Origin: a virus | Lineage: Duplodnaviria > Caudoviricetes | IMG/VR virus record: IMGVR_UViG_3300039082_000001 | Span: 1 to 52,100 of that record | Length of the DNA: 52,100 nt | Direction: 5' to 3' (one strand) | Shown here: piece after piece, positions 1 to 7,863 of the stretch | Position numbering within the stretch: the first letter of the stretch is position 1 | Layout of the letters: every line of letters starts with the position of its first letter | The notes under the pieces: generated by a model | Told to the model about the DNA's origin: nothing | The model's database searches: none | What the model saw: the letters and a program-made list of their open reading frames with translations, nothing else | Made by a program: the position numbers and the translations under genes

Positions 1-19
1 GAAAGAGGTCTACCCCCAC

Positions 20-410
20 CCATCATCAATGCCTATGATCATCAATGATTGATGAACGTATCCATAGAAGAGTGGAGTAGAAGAAAAAGATGATGTACTA
101 CATAGATGTTTGGCCCTATATATACATACCTATGTAGCCTACCACTACCATACACCTGTGTATATCTGTGTACATACTAGACTAATGTGTACTACATGTA
201 TGCATATACTATGTACTACATACACTGATAGATGTATGGGTATAGGTATAGGGGATACGCAGATAGGCCCCTTATATAACCCCTACCGTATATAGGGGCA
301 TCTCCATACGAGGCAATATGAGAGCGACTTCCGCCATGGAAGCGCTACCATAGACGAAAGTAAGATCTAGAAGCCATGGATCGATGGATATCGTGTGGAT
401 CATGGATCTA
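20..410. repeat. Low-complexity non-coding block with short repeats (TGTACTACAT x3, CATCAAT, GATC/CCATGG-rich); possible genome end / terminal-repeat boundary
   Basis: TGTACTACAT near 95, 189 and 212; no ORF with phage-like codon usage. Confidence 0.55.
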
Positions 411-636
411 GACGCCCTGAGAGGCACGCTACGGCCATGGGCAGGCGGACCCTTACTGAACCATGCAACCTTGCCCGTTCGGCCCTTAGAATTGATCGTG
501 CCAATACTAGCCGGTAACGTTGACAAGAAATGCCGGGTGTGCTACCACGCGCATGCGCGTTCCTTTACTACCTATAGAGCACGCATAGATGGTTATCTGG
601 CGAGTGTGCCAAGCGGGTAGACATCTCTGTTTCCGC

Positions 637-665
637 TTGACAGGGCATAGTGAGGAGAGGACAGT
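637..665 (+). promoter_or_regulatory. Early promoter TTGACA-N17-GACAGT
   Basis: Perfect -35, 17-nt spacer, upstream of ORF 711; same architecture as 3077-3105. Confidence 0.6.
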
Positions 666-710
666 TGTACTTGTCAGGGGGCGGAACGAGAAGTCCGGAA
701 GGAGCCCCGA

Positions 711-944
711 ATGAACATGACCGATCTCGCAGAGGGTCTGACGATCAAGCAACTGAAGTTGATCGCTGACCGATACCACGTGGCCTACAAGTCCAAGGTC
801 ACTCGCTCGGAACTGATCGATCGTTTGGGACAGGTTCCCGAGCAGCGCTACACCAGGTGGGGAGACAAGCTCACCGATCGACAGTACAAGGCATACGTCA
901 AGTTCACTGAGCGTTTTGCACGAGCGTTCGGCAAGGCCTACTAA
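711..944 (+). CDS. Small early protein, SAP/Rho_N-like helix-extension-helix
   Basis: AAGGAG RBS; LTIKQLKLIA...VTRSELIDRL pattern. Confidence 0.6.
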   Translation: MNMTDLAEGLTIKQLKLIADRYHVAYKSKVTRSELIDRLGQVPEQRYTRWGDKLTDRQYKAYVKFTERFARAFGKAY

Positions 945-954
945 GGAACAAGTC

Positions 955-1140
955 ATGTGGATCTACTTGCTGGCAGCAATCCTCGTTTCACCAATCATCA
1001 TCGCTGGGAGCATGATCGTTCGCCTTGAGAACGAGATGCATGCATTTGCTGTCAACTACAACAGGCAGCGTACCCAGGAGATCGCTCAGCAGGAGATCCA
1101 GCGTACGGCACTCAAGCGCAGCAACAGGGACATGAAATGA
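955..1140 (+). CDS. Small membrane-anchored protein
   Basis: TAAGGA RBS, ATG 955, hydrophobic N-terminus, ATGA overlap with next gene. Confidence 0.7.
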   Translation: MWIYLLAAILVSPIIIAGSMIVRLENEMHAFAVNYNRQRTQEIAQQEIQRTALKRSNRDMK

Positions 1141-1451
1141 AGACCTTTGTACAAGCATCGACTGCTAGCGTCATCGGAGCCCTATCGATCCTGATCGTAT
1201 TGATCACGGGTGGTGGTCTTCTGATTGCTGGCTACCAAGCACAGCATGACTCTTACCGCGTCGTCACGCTTCCGTTGTGCGAGAACGAAGACGGAAGCTC
1301 AGAGTCTGGCACCTTCAAGGCATGCGTGTGGGCTGCTGGTGCAGAGGGCAACGGCGAAGGAGACAACGTCGTCTATCTCTCGCCAGAGAAGCCGATCTAC
1401 GGATACACATGCGAATCTCTCGATGACATCACGTGGAAGTGCTGGAGGTGA
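1137..1451 (+). CDS. Membrane-anchored Cys-containing hypothetical protein
   Basis: N-terminal TM helix, 4 Cys, coupled start. Confidence 0.7.
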   Translation: MKTFVQASTASVIGALSILIVLITGGGLLIAGYQAQHDSYRVVTLPLCENEDGSSESGTFKACVWAAGAEGNGEGDNVVYLSPEKPIYGYTCESLDDITWKCWR

Positions 1452-1456
1452 CGGTC

Positions 1457-1687
1457 ATGAACAACGATTCATACATGCAAATGTGGGAAGGTTCTTCATT
1501 CCATGGTGTCGGTCCCGAGTTGGAGGACATCACGGAGCCCGACTTCTCACACCGGCTCGAAACAACCGAATTCCTCAATATCGTTCTGGCAGGCACGCAG
1601 AACGATGACGGCACGTGGCCGTACGTGTTCACGGCCAAAGCAAGCACTGATCTGTTTCAGGGCCTCAACCGATACCAAGAGGGGTAA
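1457..1687 (+). CDS. Hypothetical protein
   Basis: GGAGGT RBS before ATG 1457. Confidence 0.6.
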   Translation: MNNDSYMQMWEGSSFHGVGPELEDITEPDFSHRLETTEFLNIVLAGTQNDDGTWPYVFTAKASTDLFQGLNRYQEG

Positions 1688-1748
1688 CAATGAGTAGGTT
1701 CAACGCAAGCGATCGCGTCGTCAACCCGCAGAACTGAAAGGTACAACC

Positions 1749-2837
1749 ATGAGTATGCATGACAACGAATACCTTGAGGACAACACGCTCGTTGGCCTTG
1801 GGGACCAGAACGGTCCGGCGTGGTGGAAGCGAACGGGCCTCGACAGCAAGGGTGAGCCGAACCACTACCCCGGTCCGGTCCCCGTGGAGGACATCAGGCG
1901 TCGGCTGCTGTACTGGCAGCCGGTGATCGCAGAGGTTCACGTCAAGGCTGACATCCTCTCGGCTGACGGAGTGACATCCCTCGACATTCACGACGATTCA
2001 CGTCTGGCAGTCGTCCACCCGGAAACGGGTCGCATCCTGGGCATGCACAAGAGTGGATACAAGGTTCACGACTACGACGAGTGGTGCATCCGGAACGTTG
2101 AGACCGTCGTCGATTCGACCGCTAACGATGGCTCGCTCGTTGTCGCTGGCGCTGGGATGCTGAAGTGGGGCGCTCTCTTCTGGGTTCAGTTCCAACTGAA
2201 CCAGACTCGGGAAGTCGCTGGCGTCAAGTACCGGCCCTTCATCACTGCGTTCACATCCCTCGATGGTTCGCTGGCCAGTACCTACACCCGTGGGTCTCAG
2301 GTCGTAGTGTGTGACAACACCCTGTCGTCTGCACTGGGACAGGCTAAGACCTCCGGTCACATCGCTCGGCGCAAGCACACCAAGCACAGTCTCGCTAACA
2401 TCGATGAGGTTCGTCAGAAGCTCGATATCATCTTTGAAGTCGATGAGGCATTCAAGCATCAGCTTGAAGTCCTGACGAACACGACTGTCAGTGAATCCGA
2501 ATGGTCGGCATTCGTTCAGGCACACATGCCGATCAAGGACGACGCTAAGGGCTCGGCTCTGGGACGTGCAGAGGCTCGGAGGGAACGGCTCACGTCTCTA
2601 TGGAACGCAGACGAACGAGTCACGCCATGGAAGGGGACGGCATTCGGTGTCATCCAAGCCGTGAACACGTTCACTCATCACATGTCTCGGGTGGTCACGA
2701 GCAACGGTCTCAACCGGGGACACGCCAACACGCTTCGCATGGTTGAGGGTGGCCATGACGCCCTGGACAAAGCAACCCTGGACACGCTGAACAGTGTCTT
2801 CGCTGCGAAGCGTCGTAAGCAGATCACTTTCGCCTAG
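1749..2837 (+). CDS. DUF932-family phage/plasmid protein
   Basis: Motifs TSLDGS, VVCDNTL, RRKHT, KGTAFGVIQAVNTFTHH. Confidence 0.85.
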   Translation: MSMHDNEYLEDNTLVGLGDQNGPAWWKRTGLDSKGEPNHYPGPVPVEDIRRRLLYWQPVIAEVHVKADILSADGVTSLDIHDDSRLAVVHPETGRILGMHKSGYKVHDYDEWCIRNVETVVDSTANDGSLVVAGAGMLKWGALFWVQFQLNQTREVAGVKYRPFITAFTSLDGSLASTYTRGSQVVVCDNTLSSALGQAKTSGHIARRKHTKHSLANIDEVRQKLDIIFEVDEAFKHQLEVLTNTTVSESEWSAFVQAHMPIKDDAKGSALGRAEARRERLTSLWNADERVTPWKGTAFGVIQAVNTFTHHMSRVVTSNGLNRGHANTLRMVEGGHDALDKATLDTLNSVFAAKRRKQITFA

Positions 2838-2845
2838 GAGGAACC

Positions 2846-2977
2846 ATGCCGCGTAAGACTGCTAGCCCGCCGGTGTGCGGGAAGTGCAAGGGCACGCCAC
2901 GGCAGCACGCGATCACTGAGCCCGTGATCTACGTGAACGGAAAGGAGTACCCGCTCCATTCATTCGTGATGAGCTGA
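2846..2977 (+). CDS. 43-aa CxxC protein (not in ORF track)
   Basis: AGGAGG RBS; MPRKTASPPVCGKCKG... Confidence 0.65.
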   Translation: MPRKTASPPVCGKCKGTPRQHAITEPVIYVNGKEYPLHSFVMS

Positions 2978-2985
2978 ACAAGAGG

Positions 2986-3015
2986 AGCCCTGGTTTCGGC
3001 CAGGGCTTTCTCTTT
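2986..3015 (+). terminator. Rho-independent terminator
   Basis: AGCCCTGG-TTTCGG-CCAGGGCT then T-rich tail. Confidence 0.8.
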
Positions 3016-3076
3016 GCTTACCTAATGATCTTGTGTATGTCTATTCATGGATATATGACAACTTTGGTTAGACCCC

Positions 3077-3105
3077 TTGACACGAGTCCAACTCAAGAGG
3101 AGAGT
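3077..3105 (+). promoter_or_regulatory. Early promoter TTGACA-N17-GAGAGT
   Basis: Perfect -35 after a terminator, upstream of ORF 3144. Confidence 0.6.
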
Positions 3106-3143
3106 CAGAACTGTTCAGCTTCACCTCTCCAGAGGAGCCCACG

Positions 3144-3344
3144 ATGTACGCTCTCATGACTCGCAAGGCGACAGAGCAGACCACGTTCAGCCTCTACCTG
3201 TCGGCCGCTGCTGACCACGACATGCCCGCCGCTCACAACGCCTACGTTGCCCTCCAGGATGCCCGCCACGGGCTCCTGACGGACCATGAGGTAGTCACCT
3301 ACGCTACCCAGTCCGTTCACGCTTACGGTGCCGTTCAGGCCTGA
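3144..3344 (+). CDS. Hypothetical early protein
   Basis: GAGGAG RBS, phage-like codon usage. Confidence 0.7.
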   Translation: MYALMTRKATEQTTFSLYLSAAADHDMPAAHNAYVALQDARHGLLTDHEVVTYATQSVHAYGAVQA

Positions 3345-3356
3345 AAGGAAGCCACG

Positions 3357-3638
3357 ATGAAGGTCCATTCCGAGGTCTGGTTTTGCCTCTGCTGCATGCT
3401 CACTCACGCGAACGGTGAGTGTGGCGACGAGCACACGATGGAGCAGCCTCTGTCCCTCATCCCCGTGAACCTTGACCCTGCCATGGGTGGAGAGCACAAC
3501 GACCGGTGCACGCCGGTCGACAGGGAGGAAGGGTGTGACTGTTGGCTCATCGGATTCTCATCCGTCCCGTGTGATGGGTGCGGGACGCCCCTGTCGGGGG
3601 ACCGCTACAGGTTCACTCTCTTTGAGAGGTCAGCATGA
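3357..3638 (+). CDS. Cys/His-rich putative zinc-binding protein
   Basis: CLCC...CDC...CDGC motifs; AAGGA RBS. Confidence 0.7.
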   Translation: MKVHSEVWFCLCCMLTHANGECGDEHTMEQPLSLIPVNLDPAMGGEHNDRCTPVDREEGCDCWLIGFSSVPCDGCGTPLSGDRYRFTLFERSA

Positions 3639-3724
3639 CACTCGCTGCAATCATCATCGGAGCTTGGCTCGCGCTGGCGAGTATGGCCATCGGGTATCAC
3701 ATGGGAAGACAAGACCGAGACTGA
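3635..3724 (+). CDS. 29-aa membrane peptide (not in ORF track)
   Basis: GAGGT RBS, ATGA overlap; MTLAAIIIGAWLALASMAIGYHMGRQDRD. Confidence 0.6.
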   Translation: MTLAAIIIGAWLALASMAIGYHMGRQDRD

Positions 3725-3729
3725 GGACA

Positions 3730-3754
3730 GGGACCCTACGGGGTCCCTTTTCTT
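3730..3754 (+). terminator. Rho-independent terminator
   Basis: GGGACCC-TACG-GGGTCCC-TTTTCTT. Confidence 0.85.
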
Positions 3755-4019
3755 GTGCCTGAGCGCGTGGTAAGCTGACCGATGTTGGGAGCCTATGGGC
3801 TCCCTTCACTGTTTGTACCTTGACAATTCCATTTAGAGGAGCCGCTCAGAGCCCTTCTGAGAGCCTTTCAGGCCCGGGCCCATAGTTGGGTAACCAGCGA
3901 ATAGGATCATGGCCCAGTGAGGCTCCTGAAGCGCTTACATGCGGAGCATGAAGTTGGCCTATGGGCCTGCCTGACTTTTGCATGCTTATGCAGGCAGCCA
4001 CGTGGCTTTGTTCAGTTTC

Positions 4020-4230
4020 CGTCGATGTTCAGTTTTTGTGAACAGAGCTAAGAAATGAACAGAAGTCTATGGTCATCGTAGTCACTGTCGAAGATCGTCG
4101 ATGTCCCTTAACATCAACGAATTTCGATATACCCGAGGACATCGATATATGTAAATATATAGACGCCTCGATATCGATGATCATCAGTCCCCTCGACGAT
4201 ATTCACTGCGGTGGATATCGAAGATCATGA
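4020..4230. repeat. TCGA-dense non-coding block
   Basis: About 9 TCGA in ~200 bp (GTCGATGT, TCGAAGATC and TCGATAT repeated). Confidence 0.55.
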
Positions 4231-4290
4231 AGTTGAGGGGACAGCACCGGAAACGATGATCTTGCTTAAAACATCCGTTCGGCAGGGTTC

Positions 4291-4701
4291 CTACGCGCGC
4301 GTGCGCGCACGTGTAGCAGCCTGCCATGCAACCAGCACAGCAATGCATTGGGTCATTTCCTTCTGGAAATCATCTGAGTCTTCGCCGCTCTCAGCTAAAG
4401 CGACAAGCATCTCAGAAAACTCCTCATGAAAGATTCCATACCAGTCGTGTGGCTCGTTTGACCTGGTTCGACGATCAAGCTCATTTTTCCAGAACTGCTC
4501 GGAACCCTTCCAGAGCGACAGCTCGCGCTCCTTGTTTGTGCTCAAGTAACTCTCATGGTTCTGAACGCCCCACTTTTCGAGCTGTCGATCAAGTTCGTGG
4601 AAGACATCATATATGACGCCTTCGTTGAGTGATTCTCGTTCGTTCATCTCTCGAACTTCTTCGAAGAACGGTAGAACCAACTGCTCGTGAATATCTTCCA
4701 T
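4291..4701 (-). CDS. MazG-like nucleotide pyrophosphohydrolase
   Basis: RQLEKWGVQNH...WYGIFHEEFSE...EMTQCIAVLVAW all-alpha NTP-PPase pattern. Confidence 0.6.
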   Translation of the reverse strand: MEDIHEQLVLPFFEEVREMNERESLNEGVIYDVFHELDRQLEKWGVQNHESYLSTNKERELSLWKGSEQFWKNELDRRTRSNEPHDWYGIFHEEFSEMLVALAESGEDSDDFQKEMTQCIAVLVAWQAATRARTRA

Positions 4702-4851
4702 TACGGATCACTCCAGGGCTTCGTTTTTCGGCGAGTAAAAAGGACTACCCCCCATCACTCCAAGGGGCTCCTACAGCGGAGGGGTGGAAGCTTTCACCCC
4801 CACCCCCCTAGCCGGGTCTAACGATCTAAGTCCGTAGGACGGGCTACGCCC

Positions 4852-5721
4852 CTAGTTCGTTGCTAGTGCGTTCCGCCAGGCGGTAGCCTCAGGCGTGTTG
4901 TAGTTCGTGGTCCCGTTGTCCAGATCAAAGACCCGTCCGCCAGTTCCAAGAGCGTCCCACCAGATAGCCCCCAGGAGACGCGGATACTGGTGCATCACTG
5001 CAACCGATCCATTGATCCACGCAGCACGAGCTGAGCCGGTACTATCGAACGGCATCCGGATGGCACCAAGCTCCGGGTAGAAGACACCGTACCCGATGGA
5101 CTGACCGAAGGCAAGAGTCTTCGAGAAGAACGTACTAGGAGCCGGGTAGGCATTCTCCCAGGAGTTCACGTACATGTCAACGGCGAAGTAGTCACCACAA
5201 CCACACCAGTAGGTGGAGTAGCTACGACCGTTGTTCTCAGTGAACTGGCGGGTCTGGATGGACATGTACTTGACTCGACCATTCACATGGTTAGTCAGGT
5301 TCTTCACGCCATTCCACATGGCCTGCTGTTGTGACTTGAACGTCGATGCTGTCTGCGACGTGTCACACTCATGGCAGTACGTGACGTATGCTTTGGGAAT
5401 GTCAGCAGGCAGGGTGTTCACGATAGTCTGCATCTTGGATACGCTGTAGTCCTTGATGCTTACAAACGGAATGATCCCGTGGGTCTTCAGGTACTGGATC
5501 CGACTGTCGTTCCAGGAGAACGTCTGTCCAGCCTGGAAGAAGATCCGACTAATCTCAACACCAGGATAGTGCGGCTGCTTCGTGGAGATCAGCTCAGGTT
5601 TCCAGGTGGATCCGATCAGAAGATCAGTGGCAGCATGGGCAGGTGTAGCAACTGCCGTACTAAGCGCTACGGCAATCGTCAGTACGATAGCCTGGATAAT
5701 ACGTCCTACGGACTTACGCAT
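4852..5721 (-). CDS. Secreted glycoside hydrolase, GH26-like (clan A TIM barrel)
   Basis: Sec signal ending PAHA; YCHECD (acid/base), AVDMY, PELG (nucleophile), AIWWD; AAGGAG RBS before ATG 5721. Confidence 0.7.
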   Translation of the reverse strand: MRKSVGRIIQAIVLTIAVALSTAVATPAHAATDLLIGSTWKPELISTKQPHYPGVEISRIFFQAGQTFSWNDSRIQYLKTHGIIPFVSIKDYSVSKMQTIVNTLPADIPKAYVTYCHECDTSQTASTFKSQQQAMWNGVKNLTNHVNGRVKYMSIQTRQFTENNGRSYSTYWCGCGDYFAVDMYVNSWENAYPAPSTFFSKTLAFGQSIGYGVFYPELGAIRMPFDSTGSARAAWINGSVAVMHQYPRLLGAIWWDALGTGGRVFDLDNGTTNYNTPEATAWRNALATN

Positions 5722-5866
5722 TCTTCTCCTCTTCCGCATCAAGCATTTCAACGATCAGTTGGTGGATGAATTGCTCGATCGACATACCAAGGCGTTCCGC
5801 CTCAGTCTTGATAAAAGCGTACGCTCCATCGGATAGTTCGAGTTCTACCTCAACCTCATCAGGCAC
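5714..5866 (-). CDS. 50-aa ribbon-helix-helix-like protein (not in ORF track)
   Basis: GTG overlaps protease stop; VEVELELSDGAYAFIKTEAERLGMSIEQFIHQLIVEML fits beta-alpha-alpha. Confidence 0.6.
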   Translation of the reverse strand: MPDEVEVELELSDGAYAFIKTEAERLGMSIEQFIHQLIVEMLDAEEEKNA

Positions 5867-6768
5867 TAGGCACCCACATACAGGAAGCGGTTAGGCGTTC
5901 CGCTAGGAACACCACTGATAGCTCCTACTGTAGCACGGGACTTGAGGTAGGTGTCAACCTGAGCAGGTGTCGCTGTCGGGTGACCCTGGAGGTACTGAGC
6001 CGCAGCAGCGGCCACGTGAGGCGAAGCCTGGGACGTACCAGTGTAGGTCGATGTAGCAGTATCGGAGCTAGCACCAGTAGCCTTGATACTCACGCCGGGA
6101 GCAAGAATATCAACGCAGGACCCACGATTAGAACCAGTCCAAAACTGATTAGCAGAATTCGTTGCTGCCACTGTGATGGCTCCAGCCACGCGTGCAGGAG
6201 ACTGACCACAAGCGTCAGTGCTGCTATTGCCAGCAGATACCACCACAGTGATACCAGCAGAAATAAGTGCATTCGTTGCACTGTCGATATCCGTTCGGGC
6301 AGGAACGAATCCGATGCTCATGTTCACCACGGCAGGCTTGATGGCATGAGTACGAACCCAGTTCATACCGTTGATCAGAGTGGTTGAGTTAACGCTACCG
6401 TTACACTGGGACACTCGAACAGCTACCACGGTTGCCCGGTAGGCAACACCAAACGTGGAGGCATCAACGATGCCGGCAACGTTCGTGCCGTGACCGTTGC
6501 AGTCATTGGCAACAGAATCGTTGTCTACGAAGTCCCAACCATTTACCGCCTTGCCGGCGAAGTAAGTGTTCGAGATCCGTACACCAGTGTCCAGTACATA
6601 AACGTGTACGCCCAAACCGGAGGCATTGGGCGTGTACTGACCATTGAGCGTGTTCGACCGTTGGTCAATCCGGTCAAGGTTCCATTGAGTTGTGGTCGCT
6701 GCGTATGCGTTACCCGAGAGCAGCATGACAGCGAAGAAGGCGGATACTGCTAGGAGCAGTTTCTTCAC
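5866..6768 (-). CDS. Secreted S8 serine protease (aqualysin/proteinase K-like) without I9 propeptide
   Basis: Signal peptide; WNLDRIDQR, LDTG, GHGT, SAGN, GTSQASPH. Confidence 0.95.
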   Translation of the reverse strand: MKKLLLAVSAFFAVMLLSGNAYAATTTQWNLDRIDQRSNTLNGQYTPNASGLGVHVYVLDTGVRISNTYFAGKAVNGWDFVDNDSVANDCNGHGTNVAGIVDASTFGVAYRATVVAVRVSQCNGSVNSTTLINGMNWVRTHAIKPAVVNMSIGFVPARTDIDSATNALISAGITVVVSAGNSSTDACGQSPARVAGAITVAATNSANQFWTGSNRGSCVDILAPGVSIKATGASSDTATSTYTGTSQASPHVAAAAAQYLQGHPTATPAQVDTYLKSRATVGAISGVPSGTPNRFLYVGA

Positions 6769-6777
6769 AAGTACTCC

Positions 6778-6921
6778 TTAATGGAAAATCGAGTAACCAC
6801 CAGGTCCGACGATACAGGCGAGCACCAGAAGGATGACGCCCCACAGGATATCGCCCTGAATGAGCCGCACAACGCCGTAGATGGCAATCAGTACGGCAAT
6901 GAGCCAGAGAATGAAGTACAT
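6778..6921 (-). CDS. GPGG-motif small membrane protein (not in ORF track)
   Basis: GAGGAGGT RBS; MYFILWLIAVLIAIYGVVRLIQGDILWGVILLVLACIVGPGGYSIFH. Confidence 0.8.
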   Translation of the reverse strand: MYFILWLIAVLIAIYGVVRLIQGDILWGVILLVLACIVGPGGYSIFH

Positions 6922-6939
6922 GTTCACCTCCTCTCGAAG

Positions 6940-7012
6940 AGCACCCGATGAGATTCGAACTCACGCGACCAGTTTGGAAGACTGGTATGCTAACCGCTGA
7001 CATCACGGATGC
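6940..7012 (-). tRNA. tRNA-Gly(TCC), CCA not encoded
   Basis: GCATCCG/CGGGTGC acceptor, CCAGT-CTTCCAA-ACTGG anticodon arm, GTGAG-TTCGAAT-CTCAT T arm. Confidence 0.93.
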
Positions 7013-7017
7013 TAGGG

Positions 7018-7410
7018 CTAACCATAGAAGCCGTTTTTTTCTAAATACTCAATTGCAGAACGCAGAACCTCTGGGCTATCCCCCAAAAGCCCTAAACCCG
7101 AGTTGCAAGGATTACAAAGCAATCCCCTTACTTCTCCGGTTTCGTGGTTGTGGTCTACCACTAGCCCCTTGAAGCCTTCATCAGGCAAGATGGAAAATTT
7201 GTTGTTACATAATGGACATGTTCCGTTCTGTAAATTAAACAGTGCAACATATTCCTCGTACGAAATGCCGTAGCGATTTTTGTAAACCCATTTTCTTTGA
7301 TATAGTCTGTGGCACATTTTGCAGACGGGGTTGTGGCCTGACGTTCGTGACCTGTTCTTATAAAAAGAATCCAGACTCAACTCCCGCTTGCAGGTAATGC
7401 ACTGTTTCAT
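7018..7410 (-). CDS. Endonuclease VII-family (homing-type) nuclease
   Basis: YGISYEEY...CPLC...VDHNHETGEVRGLLCNPCN; AT-rich. Confidence 0.9.
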   Translation of the reverse strand: MKQCITCKRELSLDSFYKNRSRTSGHNPVCKMCHRLYQRKWVYKNRYGISYEEYVALFNLQNGTCPLCNNKFSILPDEGFKGLVVDHNHETGEVRGLLCNPCNSGLGLLGDSPEVLRSAIEYLEKNGFYG

Positions 7411-7583
7411 TCTTTGAAAACTCCAAACGTTTGGGGGCGCTCAAGGATTCCTGTAGAGCGCTAACCAGGGCGGCGAGGGAAAGTGGGCTCGCCGGCTTTT
7501 ATTAACGTCTTCCCTTAGACCTTCGGTCGTCCATCGATCAAAGATCGTACCCAGGGAACCGGGAGATCTGGATCACCTCCTAG

Positions 7584-7643
7584 CTAGGAGCCGTTGGTAA
7601 TTCGCTCCGAGCTAGGGTAAAGCAGCCAGATAACATCCTTCAT
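7584..7643 (-). CDS. 19-aa putative leader peptide
   Basis: GGGAGG RBS; MKDVIWLLYPSSERITNGS. Confidence 0.35.
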   Translation of the reverse strand: MKDVIWLLYPSSERITNGS

Positions 7644-7670
7644 ATGTACCTCCCAATTGACGGGGCGGGG

Positions 7671-7853
7671 TTAGTTCTTCAGCAGGCGCCTGAAGATTTG
7701 AACCACAGGATCAACTGTTGAAGTATCTTGGAGTTCGTTAATCAGTTGATCTCGATACTCCAGCAGACCAACGTAGATATCTTGAACTCGAACATATCGA
7801 TCATGGTTGCGACGGTCAACCTGAACATCTGCCTTGATCCGAAATTCGGCCAT
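7671..7853 (-). CDS. Hypothetical protein
   Basis: In-operon ORF. Confidence 0.6.
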   Translation of the reverse strand: MAEFRIKADVQVDRRNHDRYVRVQDIYVGLLEYRDQLINELQDTSTVDPVVQIFRRLLKN

Positions 7854-7863
7854 GACCAGAAGC

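Noticed and set aside
20-410. CRISPR or mini-array in the repeat blocks (also 4020-4230)
   Set aside because: Repeats are 10 nt or shorter and irregularly spaced
520-548. Additional promoters (TTGACA-17-TACCAC at 520; TGGTAAGCT near 3768; TTGACA near 3820)
   Set aside because: Incomplete consensus or no downstream gene; not supportable without TSS data
110-620. ORFs 110-295, 272-526 and 384-620
   Set aside because: Translations of low-complexity or regulatory DNA without RBS
7568-7581. 16S rRNA gene fragment
   Set aside because: Only 14 nt match the 16S 3' end and the flanks are not rRNA-like; treated as an extended SD on the minus strand
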